From Candidatus Hodarchaeota archaeon (lineage in GTDB: Archaea > Asgardarchaeota > Heimdallarchaeia > Hodarchaeales > Hodarchaeaceae): 46,641 nt of DNA. The notes beneath the pieces are model-generated. The model ran no database searches. It saw nothing but the letters and a program-made list of their open reading frames with translations, and had not been told where the DNA came from. The stretch's first letter is position 1. The number at the start of each line of letters is the position of its first letter. Positions 29,195 to 38,769 of the stretch are shown here, piece by piece. A program made the position numbers and the translations under genes. The stretch covers positions 1-46,641 of the forward strand of contig JAEOTQ010000045.1 of assembly GCA_016839785.1 (NCBI GenBank), in the 5' to 3' direction.

Positions 29195-30817
29195 TTAGAT
29201 AATTAGTTTAAAACTTTTTATTAGTTGTTTCTGTATTTTAGAAATTCTATAATGATTTAAGACGACTTCTTCCAGTTGGCTCAGGATAACCCCTTTCTTT
29301 GACTCCAGACCTATCGTCATTTTCTCGATTAATCCTTCTTCTTTTAGCGAGAATGGTAATTTGATGGGTAGCTGTTTTAAATAACTTATAGGAATTTTGG
29401 GAAAAATCGTTTTAACCGTCAAAAATTTATGATTCAGATAAAATGTCAGTAAAGAAGAGTTCAGTATGATTTCTAAATGTTTTAAGTTTATTTGAGACCA
29501 TTGTGATTTGAGGGTAATTATATACACATCGCAGACACAGAATAAGTTATTTGGATCATACGCTACAACTAACTCGTGACCAATCCTTCGGACCAGTAAT
29601 TTAGGTTTCGTATACATTGATTTATTTTTGTAAATCGATTTTTGGGTTGAATCAAATTCGATATATCGTTTTTCTCCTAGTATAACAAACTTCTGAATAT
29701 TTCTACCTGCTATTAACGGTACAGACTCCTTTGTAATAGGTACCTTACTTGTAAATTTCGAATTGAAACCTAATTCGATTCCACGTGAAATATAAGCAAT
29801 ATCCCCAAGTTTCAACGCGTTTTTTTCAATTGTTCCAATGATATCAGTAATTTTTGAGGCCATATTTGGCATTATATACTTGAACTTCTGATCCATGATA
29901 TTTACTTGCTCATTCTTCTTAATCTGTGTAAATCCTTCCCCAACTGAAAACTTACTGAATTCTATGATATTAGTATCGTTCTTTTCATCCTTAGATTTCT
30001 TATATCCTACTACAATACAGGTTTCCACAGATACGGATGGAAATATTTTGCTACCCAGCATAATAATTTTTTTCAGATTAAGCGTTTTAAGCAGAAATTC
30101 ACGAAATTTCTGATAGCGAAAGTTTGTAGTAAAATTATTCGGAATAAGGAATATCAAAACTCCTCCTTCCCTTAGTAGGTACACAGAGCGCTCAACAAAA
30201 AGAAGGTAACTTTCTATTTCTGGATCAACGCCTTTGTATAATTTCTTGTATATATTTTTCTCCTCAGAAGAGAACGAAATGCCAAAAGGAGGATTTCCTA
30301 TACATAAATCATATCCATCAGTAGCATTGGGAATTGGCCATTCATAAAACCAATGAAATGCAGTGTCTTGTAATTTAACAGTTGGATACTTAATGTTACT
30401 ATCTTCAAAAAACGAGATATTCAATTTCTCTTTTGTAGGATTACCTTCCTTAGTTTCATTAGCTTTGATATATCCAATTAAGGCATTTCCGGCTTTAAAC
30501 GAAATATCAATTTCAGAATTTGATGAGAATTTTTCCTTAATCAATTCACATTTTCTGATAGACTCATAATTTATATCTAAGCCATGTAAAATTAGGTGAC
30601 TATTTATTTGATCGCTTTTTTGGAGTTTTTTCTCGTGGTCTACAATTTCAAATAAAAACCTTCCGTCTCCAACCGAATTGTCAAGTATCCTAATACTACG
30701 AACATTAATTACTTCGCTTAGATAGTTTCTAATTAGTCCGAAAGCTATGTCAACCATTAATTTCACAATAGGAAGTGGTGTAGGGATTGCTCCTAATGGT
30801 TCTCTTCCTTTTTTCAA
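29195..30817 (-). CDS. Gamma-class amino (N6-A/N4-C) DNA methyltransferase, Eco57I/TaqI-like, with C-terminal TRD
   Basis: GAIPTP (motif X variant), ILDNSVGDGRF (motif I), FHWFYEWP...IGNPPFG (motif IV), ISRGIE, PKLLVRRIG...ILNSSLL. Confidence 0.85.
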   Translation of the reverse strand: MKKGREPLGAIPTPLPIVKLMVDIAFGLIRNYLSEVINVRSIRILDNSVGDGRFLFEIVDHEKKLQKSDQINSHLILHGLDINYESIRKCELIKEKFSSNSEIDISFKAGNALIGYIKANETKEGNPTKEKLNISFFEDSNIKYPTVKLQDTAFHWFYEWPIPNATDGYDLCIGNPPFGISFSSEEKNIYKKLYKGVDPEIESYLLFVERSVYLLREGGVLIFLIPNNFTTNFRYQKFREFLLKTLNLKKIIMLGSKIFPSVSVETCIVVGYKKSKDEKNDTNIIEFSKFSVGEGFTQIKKNEQVNIMDQKFKYIMPNMASKITDIIGTIEKNALKLGDIAYISRGIELGFNSKFTSKVPITKESVPLIAGRNIQKFVILGEKRYIEFDSTQKSIYKNKSMYTKPKLLVRRIGHELVVAYDPNNLFCVCDVYIITLKSQWSQINLKHLEIILNSSLLTFYLNHKFLTVKTIFPKIPISYLKQLPIKLPFSLKEEGLIEKMTIGLESKKGVILSQLEEVVLNHYRISKIQKQLIKSFKLII

Positions 30818-30822
30818 TTTCC

Positions 30823-32589
30823 TTACACCCCCTGTACAATTAATTGTGTTTCATCTTGTGATAAACCATATATTTTGAATACAATTTCGTCAATAATGAT
30901 TCTAAATCCTTCCATCTTTGAGTATTTATCGAAAATTTCTTCGATAGAAGCTTTGTTAAAATTTGTACCAAATTTTTTAGTTAACCATAACGAATCACTC
31001 ATATTCTTAGTTCGAAAAAATCTATCGAGCTGTTTCATGGATTTAAACATATTTTTGCCTGACTTTTGGAGAATATTTGATTCAATAATCATTCCCTCAA
31101 GTAATTCTCGAAGCTTACTCCCTTCCTCAAGATATGATTTGAAAATCTCCCCAATCGTAAAGAATTGGTCAAGCTTTGACTCTTTGGAAAGTAATTCTGT
31201 CAAAGTCTGAACTTCCCACCTTTTTATAAGTGTTTTAATCTTTCTACGAAAGTCAGGATTTGAATCACCAGTTAAACAAGGGATAATTACTTTGTTTAAA
31301 TAAGGTTTATCCAAATCTTTACTGGTTACAAATTGTTTAGTATATACTGCATGTTGTAACCACCAAATTAACAGTTTAGATTGAAATAACGCGGCATATG
31401 CATAAATTTCATTGGACGAGGAAGAAGGAGGTATAATATTAATGACAGTTTCATGGGTGATGTGGTTTCCCAACGAGTCCACCCAAATTGGAAGATTTAA
31501 TTGGAATTTTGGTTTGGTTTTATAGGAGATTATTCGTTGAGTAATGATTTTAGGTTGTAAGAATCTTTTCAGCTGAAGTTCAGGGACATCATTGCTGACA
31601 TAATTACGCTCTGGTAGTAAAAATCCGTGTGTAAACGTTACTTTTTCAATTAAGGGAATAGAGGATTCACTTGTGCGGTAACGACTATTTAAACCACGAA
31701 ACGCAATCCATTCAACACGTCTATGATCTTTTAGAAGCTTTTCCATTAATTCCTGTTCGGAAGGAGATACCCCAACAAGAAAATTATCAAAAATCACCGC
31801 ATTCCGAGTCTTTATCACTGAGATCGAAGTGAATCTTTCTTTTATTGGATCCCAAATTCCAGATTTATACTGTTCAGATGGATCCTTTTTCTGTAAAATT
31901 ACGACAATATGTTCTTGTAATTGGCCTGAAAATTGATTGGCTAAATCAAATACCTCTAAAAGCCGAACTTGTGTGAAACATATCTTTCGAAACAGTTTCC
32001 ATTTATTAGAATAAATGAAAGGTTTGGGTAGTATAAAAGAAAGGATGCCTCCATCTTTTAAGAGATTTACTGATTTTATAACAAAATAAAGAGCCGATTC
32101 TGAAGGAACATTCTCTTGGATGGTCAAATGATAGAGTTTCCGAATTTTATCCCATTCTTGAGGAGAATATTTCGCATTATGTGGAGGATTAGATATGATC
32201 AAGTCATATTTTTTTTCAACGGTCTCTGTATATGATTCTGTAAGATAATTTTTATGGTGAAATGTAACAGAACATCCCTCACTCTTGATTGCATCATTAA
32301 CTAATAATTTAGCCTTGGATAGTGCTGAAGAGTCAATATCAAGTGCATCAATGCTGATTAAACCAATTTTTTCACTCAATACCTGAATAAGTTTTTCACA
32401 AAAAATACCTTCTCCAACTGATGGATCTAACACCAATAGAGGGTTATCATTCCTTGATTCAGGAAGATGAGTGACAACGTTTTCGATTATTGCCTGTACA
32501 ACATTATCTGGAGTGAAATATTGTCCTTTTTCACGTTGAGTAATTGCCACAAGCATTTCCCAAAAATTACTTTGTTGTCGTGCTTCCAC
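30823..32589 (-). CDS. TaqI/Eco57I-like amino-methyltransferase with atypical NPPH catalytic motif
   Basis: KGQYFTP, VLDPSVGEGIF, IISNPPHN, LKDGGILSFILP, PKIITQRI. Overlaps the CCA gene (alternative ATG at 32556). Confidence 0.85.
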   Translation of the reverse strand: MEARQQSNFWEMLVAITQREKGQYFTPDNVVQAIIENVVTHLPESRNDNPLLVLDPSVGEGIFCEKLIQVLSEKIGLISIDALDIDSSALSKAKLLVNDAIKSEGCSVTFHHKNYLTESYTETVEKKYDLIISNPPHNAKYSPQEWDKIRKLYHLTIQENVPSESALYFVIKSVNLLKDGGILSFILPKPFIYSNKWKLFRKICFTQVRLLEVFDLANQFSGQLQEHIVVILQKKDPSEQYKSGIWDPIKERFTSISVIKTRNAVIFDNFLVGVSPSEQELMEKLLKDHRRVEWIAFRGLNSRYRTSESSIPLIEKVTFTHGFLLPERNYVSNDVPELQLKRFLQPKIITQRIISYKTKPKFQLNLPIWVDSLGNHITHETVINIIPPSSSSNEIYAYAALFQSKLLIWWLQHAVYTKQFVTSKDLDKPYLNKVIIPCLTGDSNPDFRRKIKTLIKRWEVQTLTELLSKESKLDQFFTIGEIFKSYLEEGSKLRELLEGMIIESNILQKSGKNMFKSMKQLDRFFRTKNMSDSLWLTKKFGTNFNKASIEEIFDKYSKMEGFRIIIDEIVFKIYGLSQDETQLIVQGV

Positions 32590-34540
32590 CTAATATTTCC
32601 CTAATTTTCTTTGCAGTGAAAGTCTTTCCTGTAAGTACATTACCGCTCATTATGACAAGACGATGATTATTTTTAGTCATCATTGACGCTATATCATTCA
32701 ACATTTGTTCGTAATTGTTTGATCTTGTGGATAGCTCTATAACTTGACTTCCTCGAGGAATTTGCAGTGAATTTGAATAAGAATCCAGTAAGGTTTCATA
32801 ACGGTTATAGATTGTAATATCTGCATCGCTTTTTGATAGAGATCGTTCCTCTAAATTTCTAGCATTGATATTTAGTTTAACATCGTCTTTAGATGCAAAA
32901 GTGTGCAAGAATATTGGATTGAAATACTTAAAGTTCTTGTATAACTTCTGTCGATGGAATGGATGTGAGGGTGAATTGAAATTTGTACCATCGAATATAA
33001 CCATAGTGGATTTATTACGCCGAAGAATACATGATACAACCCATATTGCTAATTGATATGTATGCGCACTCTCCCAGGACGAATAATCTGGAAAATTCTT
33101 TCGGTATAATTTTCGAACATGATCTGTTGATATAATACTAATTTTAGGAATTTTAAACGAAGTACATAAACTTATGACCTTCATAATTTGATCGAGTATA
33201 TCATACAATCCTTTCTTGGAATTATTTAATGGATCTACCTCCACTTGCTCTCTTAACAATTCCAAACAAATACCAATAAGCTCCCGTTGTGCAGTTTTTG
33301 TTTTATCAATATTTAAATGAGTTACGACTTCATTTCCATCAACTTTTAGGTCTTTAAGGTAGATCGGTCTCTGAGATATACTCCTTATTCGAACATCATG
33401 TACCAATGCTTCATTAGGTGATGTTGGGACTCCCAGAATTCTCCCCTTTGCTTGGTGAAATATTAGGTAATCTTCAAGAAATTTTGGTTGTATGTTGTAA
33501 AGTAACCGTCTTGTTGAATAATTTTTGTACTCGTCATCATCTTCTTCGAGAGAATACGGTAACGGTATCTTATGAATTGCTAATAGATGGATAATATCTT
33601 CGATCCGTTTATTTGGGAATTTAAGTTTTTTTAGAATTCGGGATAGGAGATTCTTATCTAAATCTGGGAGAAGAATTGATGTATCGTCAGTTAAAATAGA
33701 TAGCTGATGGAATAGCGCAGAGTATCGGAGATTTACCGATGATTCGGAACTTAGATCATTTATAATCTGTAAAGTAATGTCTAGACGAGTTAAATTCAAT
33801 GATGGGAGCGGTGTGTGTAATGATTCATGTTCATACTCTGGAATTATATGTTTAAGGAGATCAGTCGAAACTAAAAAATGTACAGCTTCCAGCCAGTGGT
33901 GACCACTCATTAACTTTTGAAATTCAGCCTCGATACGTTCCTTTGCCACCTGATCAAAAACATCTAAGTGTCTAGGAACTGCTGCAAGGGAAGATTTTTC
34001 TACAGAATATCCTAATTGTGAGACAAATCTGAAGATTCTAATTAATCGAAGTCCGTCTTCCCCTAACCTGGCATCAGGATCCCCCACTAAACGTAAAATA
34101 TGATTATTTAGATCAGAACGTCCATCGTAAGGATCTGTAAATTTTTCTGATATAGGATCATATGCAATCGCATTAATTGTCAGATCACGTCGAGCAAGAT
34201 CTTCCTCAATATCAGCTACAAATTGAACTTCAGAAGGATGACGTCCATCCTTATATTCTCCTTCGACCCGAAAAGTGGTAATCTCTATTGAAAGATTTTT
34301 AAAGAGAAGAGTAACAGTTCCATGTTGTATACCCGTTGGAATTACCCTGAATTGACTAAATAAATCCATAACTTCAGACGGAGAGGCGTCAGTTGCAATA
34401 TCCCAATCATGAGGTCGTGTTTCACCTCGCAGAAGATCACGAATTGACCCACCAACGACAAAAGCCTTGAACCCCGAAGAAGAAAATATGCGACAAATCT
34501 CAAGAACTTCCGTAGGAAATTGATTTGCGGTTAATTCCAT
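32567..34540 (-). CDS. cca: Class II CCA-adding tRNA nucleotidyltransferase fused to a C-terminal P-loop kinase-like domain
   Basis: VGGSIRD, DWD, TTFRVEGEYKDGRHP loop, DLARRDLTINA, EDGLR template motif, ERIxxE; about 190 extra aa with STDHVRK, IFDGTN, SDAD and GNVLTGKT. Confidence 0.88.
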   Translation of the reverse strand: MELTANQFPTEVLEICRIFSSSGFKAFVVGGSIRDLLRGETRPHDWDIATDASPSEVMDLFSQFRVIPTGIQHGTVTLLFKNLSIEITTFRVEGEYKDGRHPSEVQFVADIEEDLARRDLTINAIAYDPISEKFTDPYDGRSDLNNHILRLVGDPDARLGEDGLRLIRIFRFVSQLGYSVEKSSLAAVPRHLDVFDQVAKERIEAEFQKLMSGHHWLEAVHFLVSTDLLKHIIPEYEHESLHTPLPSLNLTRLDITLQIINDLSSESSVNLRYSALFHQLSILTDDTSILLPDLDKNLLSRILKKLKFPNKRIEDIIHLLAIHKIPLPYSLEEDDDEYKNYSTRRLLYNIQPKFLEDYLIFHQAKGRILGVPTSPNEALVHDVRIRSISQRPIYLKDLKVDGNEVVTHLNIDKTKTAQRELIGICLELLREQVEVDPLNNSKKGLYDILDQIMKVISLCTSFKIPKISIISTDHVRKLYRKNFPDYSSWESAHTYQLAIWVVSCILRRNKSTMVIFDGTNFNSPSHPFHRQKLYKNFKYFNPIFLHTFASKDDVKLNINARNLEERSLSKSDADITIYNRYETLLDSYSNSLQIPRGSQVIELSTRSNNYEQMLNDIASMMTKNNHRLVIMSGNVLTGKTFTAKKIREILGGSTTTK

Positions 34541-34634
34541 GATTGTACCTCTGACTACTTTCGAATTGAGGAAAAGAGCTATTAAAACCTTTAATATTTT
34601 CTATTGATCGATCTTACTTTCTGAGAGATGATAT

Positions 34635-37256
34635 TTGCAACAGCTATCTCAAAAACTAAAAGACCTTTATGTATCTCTTCTCCAAGGTGGAGAATACTTG
34701 GGATGGTCAGATACTTTCCTCTTTGAGGTAGCTCTTAATTCTCTAATCAAATTTCTTTCTTTATTTTATTACCAACCTTGGAACAAAATCACAGAAGAAT
34801 CATTTTCCCATCTTGGAAAATCGGAAAGATGTAAAAGATTTTTAAAAATATGGTTTCAGCAAACTAAAGGGTCTAATGATAGAAATCTAGTTCAGTTAGT
34901 TGCGAGAACTTGTTTTTATTTGTCTGATCTTACTACTTACGAGGAACAGTTGCTAAAAAGTGTCCCAGAAACAGATTGGGACCAAATGATCAACTTTTTG
35001 GGAAAATATCAATTCACTTTAGTCGAAACATTCCAGAAATCAGAGGGGGAAAACGATGGAATAACCCCAGAATTTCTCTCTATCTTTGCAGAAATGGTTA
35101 TTACTGAATATGAAAAAGATTTTTCAGTTTCACCCAAGGTTTCAAGTCGCAAGACAAAAGGGGTCTACTATTCACCATGGAGAATAATCCGAGAGTTAAC
35201 AAATAATCTAATAACAGAAAATAAAGTTCAGGTGACGGTGTTAGATCCAAGTTCTGGAACTGGTTCATTTCTACTTTACGCTGCAGAAAGGATTTTTCAA
35301 AATCAATCGAAAATTTCAAGTAAACGTGTTAAAGACCCCTCACTGATTGTCAGAAATTATATTTATGGGGTAGATAAATCTGGTCCAGGTATATTGGTAA
35401 CTAAGCTACGGTTGCTATTCTGGATGTTAACCAAAGATCCTGAATCAGAAATTGAAATCGATCAAGAGTCTTTTTCGAATATCCGGAACGGAAACTCACT
35501 TTTTGGGTTTGTTAATGAGAAATTCAGTCCATCGATTGAACTTCAGAGTTATTTTTCTCACAGGGCAGAAGAAAGGGAGTTAGAATATTCAGAAATTGAC
35601 AAATTGACTAAAGAATTATATAAGGATTGGGTAAATTCATGTACTCAACTAAAATCTGTTTTACAGAGTAAAAACTCTATAAATGGAACAAATAGTGAAA
35701 CCCTAATAGAAAAAGTGAATCTAGAGCTTTCAAAACTACTTGATATATCATACATACAATTTCTGTCTAGTTTAAGAACAAATACGACTATCGTCAATTC
35801 TAGTATCAATATTAACTTGACACAACACAATTTCTTCCACTGGGGACTCGTTTTCCCTGAGATTATCATTCATGGGGGCTTTGATATATGTTTAGGAAAT
35901 CCTCCGTATGGACGCTCTGTTCTGTCAGTAATAGAAAAAAATATACTTAAACTATCCTACGGGTCGTGCAAAGGATCTAATGCAAAAAAAGTAAGTTTGA
36001 ATGCTGCAGGAGCTTTTATTGAACGATCAATTAAGCTTTTAAAGCCAGATGGACGCCTAGCCCTTATTCTTCCATTTTCTGTTCTGAGAGTGGAAGAATT
36101 TGAAGGAATTCGTGATTATATTCTAGAAAAGACGGTAATTAACGAAATTCATGACGAATCTGCAGCTTTCCAAGATGTCACACTAGAAATGTGTTCATTG
36201 ATCTTAACAAAACATCAGAAAAGTGATCACTCGATATTTATTAAACCCAGAGAAGGTTTGGGATCTGGATCACATATAAAAAAATCAGTTTTTGTGAAAT
36301 ACAAGCGATTTATGATATACCATGATGCATATTGGCAGAAAATTGTTAATACAGGAGAATTCTCACAAGTCATGGGAGATTATGGAATAGATCATAGAAT
36401 TGTCAAGAAAGATCTAAGCAAGAAATACTCCCCATCCAATGATTATATTGTTCCTTTTCTTCATTCAGGAAAATGTGTAACCCGTTATGCTCTGAATCCC
36501 CGTTTTTTTCACTGGTCAAGACTAAATCATCCGAATAAAAGATTTAGAAAGTATCTGGAGGATCCTAAACTTATTTGTACTGCGATTGGCAACGAATTTC
36601 GTATTGCATACAAACCCAAAGGCATAATTCCTGGGACAAATGTTTCAATAATGGAAATTATTAATCCTCAACATGATTTCTTTCCCCTAATGATTATACT
36701 TAATTCGTCATTGATAAATTACTTGTTAAAACGTTATATATTGAATTATTCTCATCTCACGGTCTATTTACACAAGTATTACACACAATTAGTGCCGATA
36801 AAGTATCCATGGGAATATGAAAATGAATGGAAAACAATTGGAAGATATATTTCGTTTTTAACACAATTTTCTGTATTGAAAAATGATTTATCCTACCAAG
36901 ATGAGTTAACCTTTTTAAAAAGAATTACAGAACACCTTGTTTATCAATTGTATCTTCCAGAAGTATTTAAAGAGTCAAATCTGAATTTAGCTGAATTAAT
37001 AAAGGATTTTCTGTTGGATATTCAGATTGAGAATAGCATTGAGGTATTACTCTCCCCCATTAATAATATTAAGGAGATTATAAAGAAAGAAAATTCTAGT
37101 GTTATGAAAACTGAAGCAACAATAAATACAGTTATTAAATCACTAAATACCAAACAATTTCTCAGTTTCCTTCACCAATCCGAAAAAATCCGAGAAAAAT
37201 CTAGTTTAACACAAAAAATACTTCTTGATACTACTCCAAAAATGATTCGAACCTGA
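34635..37256 (+). CDS. Large Eco57I-like amino-DNA methyltransferase with TRD
   Basis: RKTKGVYYSP, VLDPSSGTGSFL, IYGVD, IRNGNSL, FFHWGLVFPEI..GGFDICLGNPPY, ILNSSL. Confidence 0.87.
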   Translation: MQQLSQKLKDLYVSLLQGGEYLGWSDTFLFEVALNSLIKFLSLFYYQPWNKITEESFSHLGKSERCKRFLKIWFQQTKGSNDRNLVQLVARTCFYLSDLTTYEEQLLKSVPETDWDQMINFLGKYQFTLVETFQKSEGENDGITPEFLSIFAEMVITEYEKDFSVSPKVSSRKTKGVYYSPWRIIRELTNNLITENKVQVTVLDPSSGTGSFLLYAAERIFQNQSKISSKRVKDPSLIVRNYIYGVDKSGPGILVTKLRLLFWMLTKDPESEIEIDQESFSNIRNGNSLFGFVNEKFSPSIELQSYFSHRAEERELEYSEIDKLTKELYKDWVNSCTQLKSVLQSKNSINGTNSETLIEKVNLELSKLLDISYIQFLSSLRTNTTIVNSSININLTQHNFFHWGLVFPEIIIHGGFDICLGNPPYGRSVLSVIEKNILKLSYGSCKGSNAKKVSLNAAGAFIERSIKLLKPDGRLALILPFSVLRVEEFEGIRDYILEKTVINEIHDESAAFQDVTLEMCSLILTKHQKSDHSIFIKPREGLGSGSHIKKSVFVKYKRFMIYHDAYWQKIVNTGEFSQVMGDYGIDHRIVKKDLSKKYSPSNDYIVPFLHSGKCVTRYALNPRFFHWSRLNHPNKRFRKYLEDPKLICTAIGNEFRIAYKPKGIIPGTNVSIMEIINPQHDFFPLMIILNSSLINYLLKRYILNYSHLTVYLHKYYTQLVPIKYPWEYENEWKTIGRYISFLTQFSVLKNDLSYQDELTFLKRITEHLVYQLYLPEVFKESNLNLAELIKDFLLDIQIENSIEVLLSPINNIKEIIKKENSSVMKTEATINTVIKSLNTKQFLSFLHQSEKIREKSSLTQKILLDTTPKMIRT

Positions 37257-37519
37257 AATATAGCCCATCCCTCCTACAAAGACGACCAGTAATTCTTTTT
37301 CCGATATTTTCGATAGTTGACTCATTTATTCGCATATACCGACTAAAAGGGTTGATTTAGGAATATTGGGATATTACGAGAGTAATACATAAATTTAGGT
37401 ACTTCCTCAGTTTATATGGATCAGCAACAGGAATCTAAGAAATATTTATAAAGATAAGCATTGAGTCTGATTGTTGTACAGATTTTAATCAGTAGCAATT
37501 AGTACGTAGAGGTTAACGG

Positions 37520-37687
37520 ATGCAAGACCCGATTGATGGTGCAAAACTTCTCGAGGAATTAACCCTTGAGATGACAGATTCACAAAAAACAATTATAGCA
37601 AAAATAATTCAGGGTCAAAGTATTTTTTCTGCTTATTCTATTAAAGATGCTCTTACCGAGTTAGATGAATTATTCGACTCTAAATAA
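37520..37687 (+). CDS. Small helical protein, 55 aa (below the ORF-track cutoff)
   Basis: MQDPIDGAKLLEELTLEMTDSQKTIIAKIIQGQSIFSAYSIKDALTELDELFDSK*. GAGGT lies 7 nt before ATG; TTTATAAA at about 37445. Confidence 0.6.
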   Translation: MQDPIDGAKLLEELTLEMTDSQKTIIAKIIQGQSIFSAYSIKDALTELDELFDSK

Positions 37688-37784
37688 GCATATCTGTCTC
37701 TTTTCTGTTTGAAACCAGATATTTTACACTTAATCATGATGTTTGCCCTAAAATTTTAATACGAATTATCAGCTCACAACTTTT

Positions 37785-38765
37785 ATGAGTCAACAAATCA
37801 TCGAAGCATATCAAAGAATTAAGGATCATATCAATAAAACTCCAGTAATGACATCTCGCACACTTAATAAACTCGTATCAGCCCAAATTTACGTAAAATG
37901 TGAAAATTTTCAGCGAATAGGTGCCTTTAAAGCTCGAGGAGCCTTTAATGCTATTCAACTACTCATTGACGATTCTAATCCAGCTGGTGTTATAACACAT
38001 TCTTCAGGTAATCATGCACAAGCAGTTGCCTTAGCTTCACATGAATTAGGGATACAAGCTTTAATAGTAATGCCTGAAAACGCTCCAGTTGTCAAGAAAG
38101 AAGCGACAAAAGAATACGGCGCAACTATCATTGAATGTGGGAATCAACCAGGTGATCGAGTAGCAAAGACCGAAGAAATCGTACAAAAATATGGATATCC
38201 TCTGATTCATCCCTATAATGATTACAAAATTATTCATGGAGCTGGAACCGCTGCTTATGAACTACTCACAGAAGTAGGAAAACTTGATTATGTCTTAGCA
38301 CCTGTAGGGGGTGGAGGATTACTTAGTGGAACTTCTTTATGTGTAAAATCACTATACCCAGAATCTATTGTACTTGGAGTAGAACCGTTGAATGCTAATG
38401 ATGCTTACCTATCATTCATGGATGGAGGAAAAATATTTCCATCTGTAAATCCGAATACGATCGCTGATGGTCTACGCACGAGCTTGGGAGATATAACATT
38501 TAAGACTATCAAAGAAAATGTGAACGATATTATCACAGTATCAGAACTAGAGATTTTATCTTCTATGAAGTTTCTTTGGGAAAGAATGAAAGTGGTTGTT
38601 GAACCATCTGGAGCAGTTCCACTTGCAGGATTATTTAAACTCGCAAATGAAAAGTCAAATTATTCCATTAAAGATAAGAAAATTGGTTTGATTATTTCGG
38701 GTGGGAATATTGATCTAACTGATTTCTTTGAGATTCTGACACAAAAATTAGGTAAAAAGGTTTAA
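37785..38765 (+). CDS. PLP-dependent threonine/serine dehydratase (serine racemase-like, no ACT domain)
   Basis: KCENFQRIGAFKARG, SSGNHAQ, PVGGGGLLSG, TIADG, EPSGA, SGGN. Confidence 0.9.
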   Translation: MSQQIIEAYQRIKDHINKTPVMTSRTLNKLVSAQIYVKCENFQRIGAFKARGAFNAIQLLIDDSNPAGVITHSSGNHAQAVALASHELGIQALIVMPENAPVVKKEATKEYGATIIECGNQPGDRVAKTEEIVQKYGYPLIHPYNDYKIIHGAGTAAYELLTEVGKLDYVLAPVGGGGLLSGTSLCVKSLYPESIVLGVEPLNANDAYLSFMDGGKIFPSVNPNTIADGLRTSLGDITFKTIKENVNDIITVSELEILSSMKFLWERMKVVVEPSGAVPLAGLFKLANEKSNYSIKDKKIGLIISGGNIDLTDFFEILTQKLGKKV

Positions 38766-38769
38766 TCAC

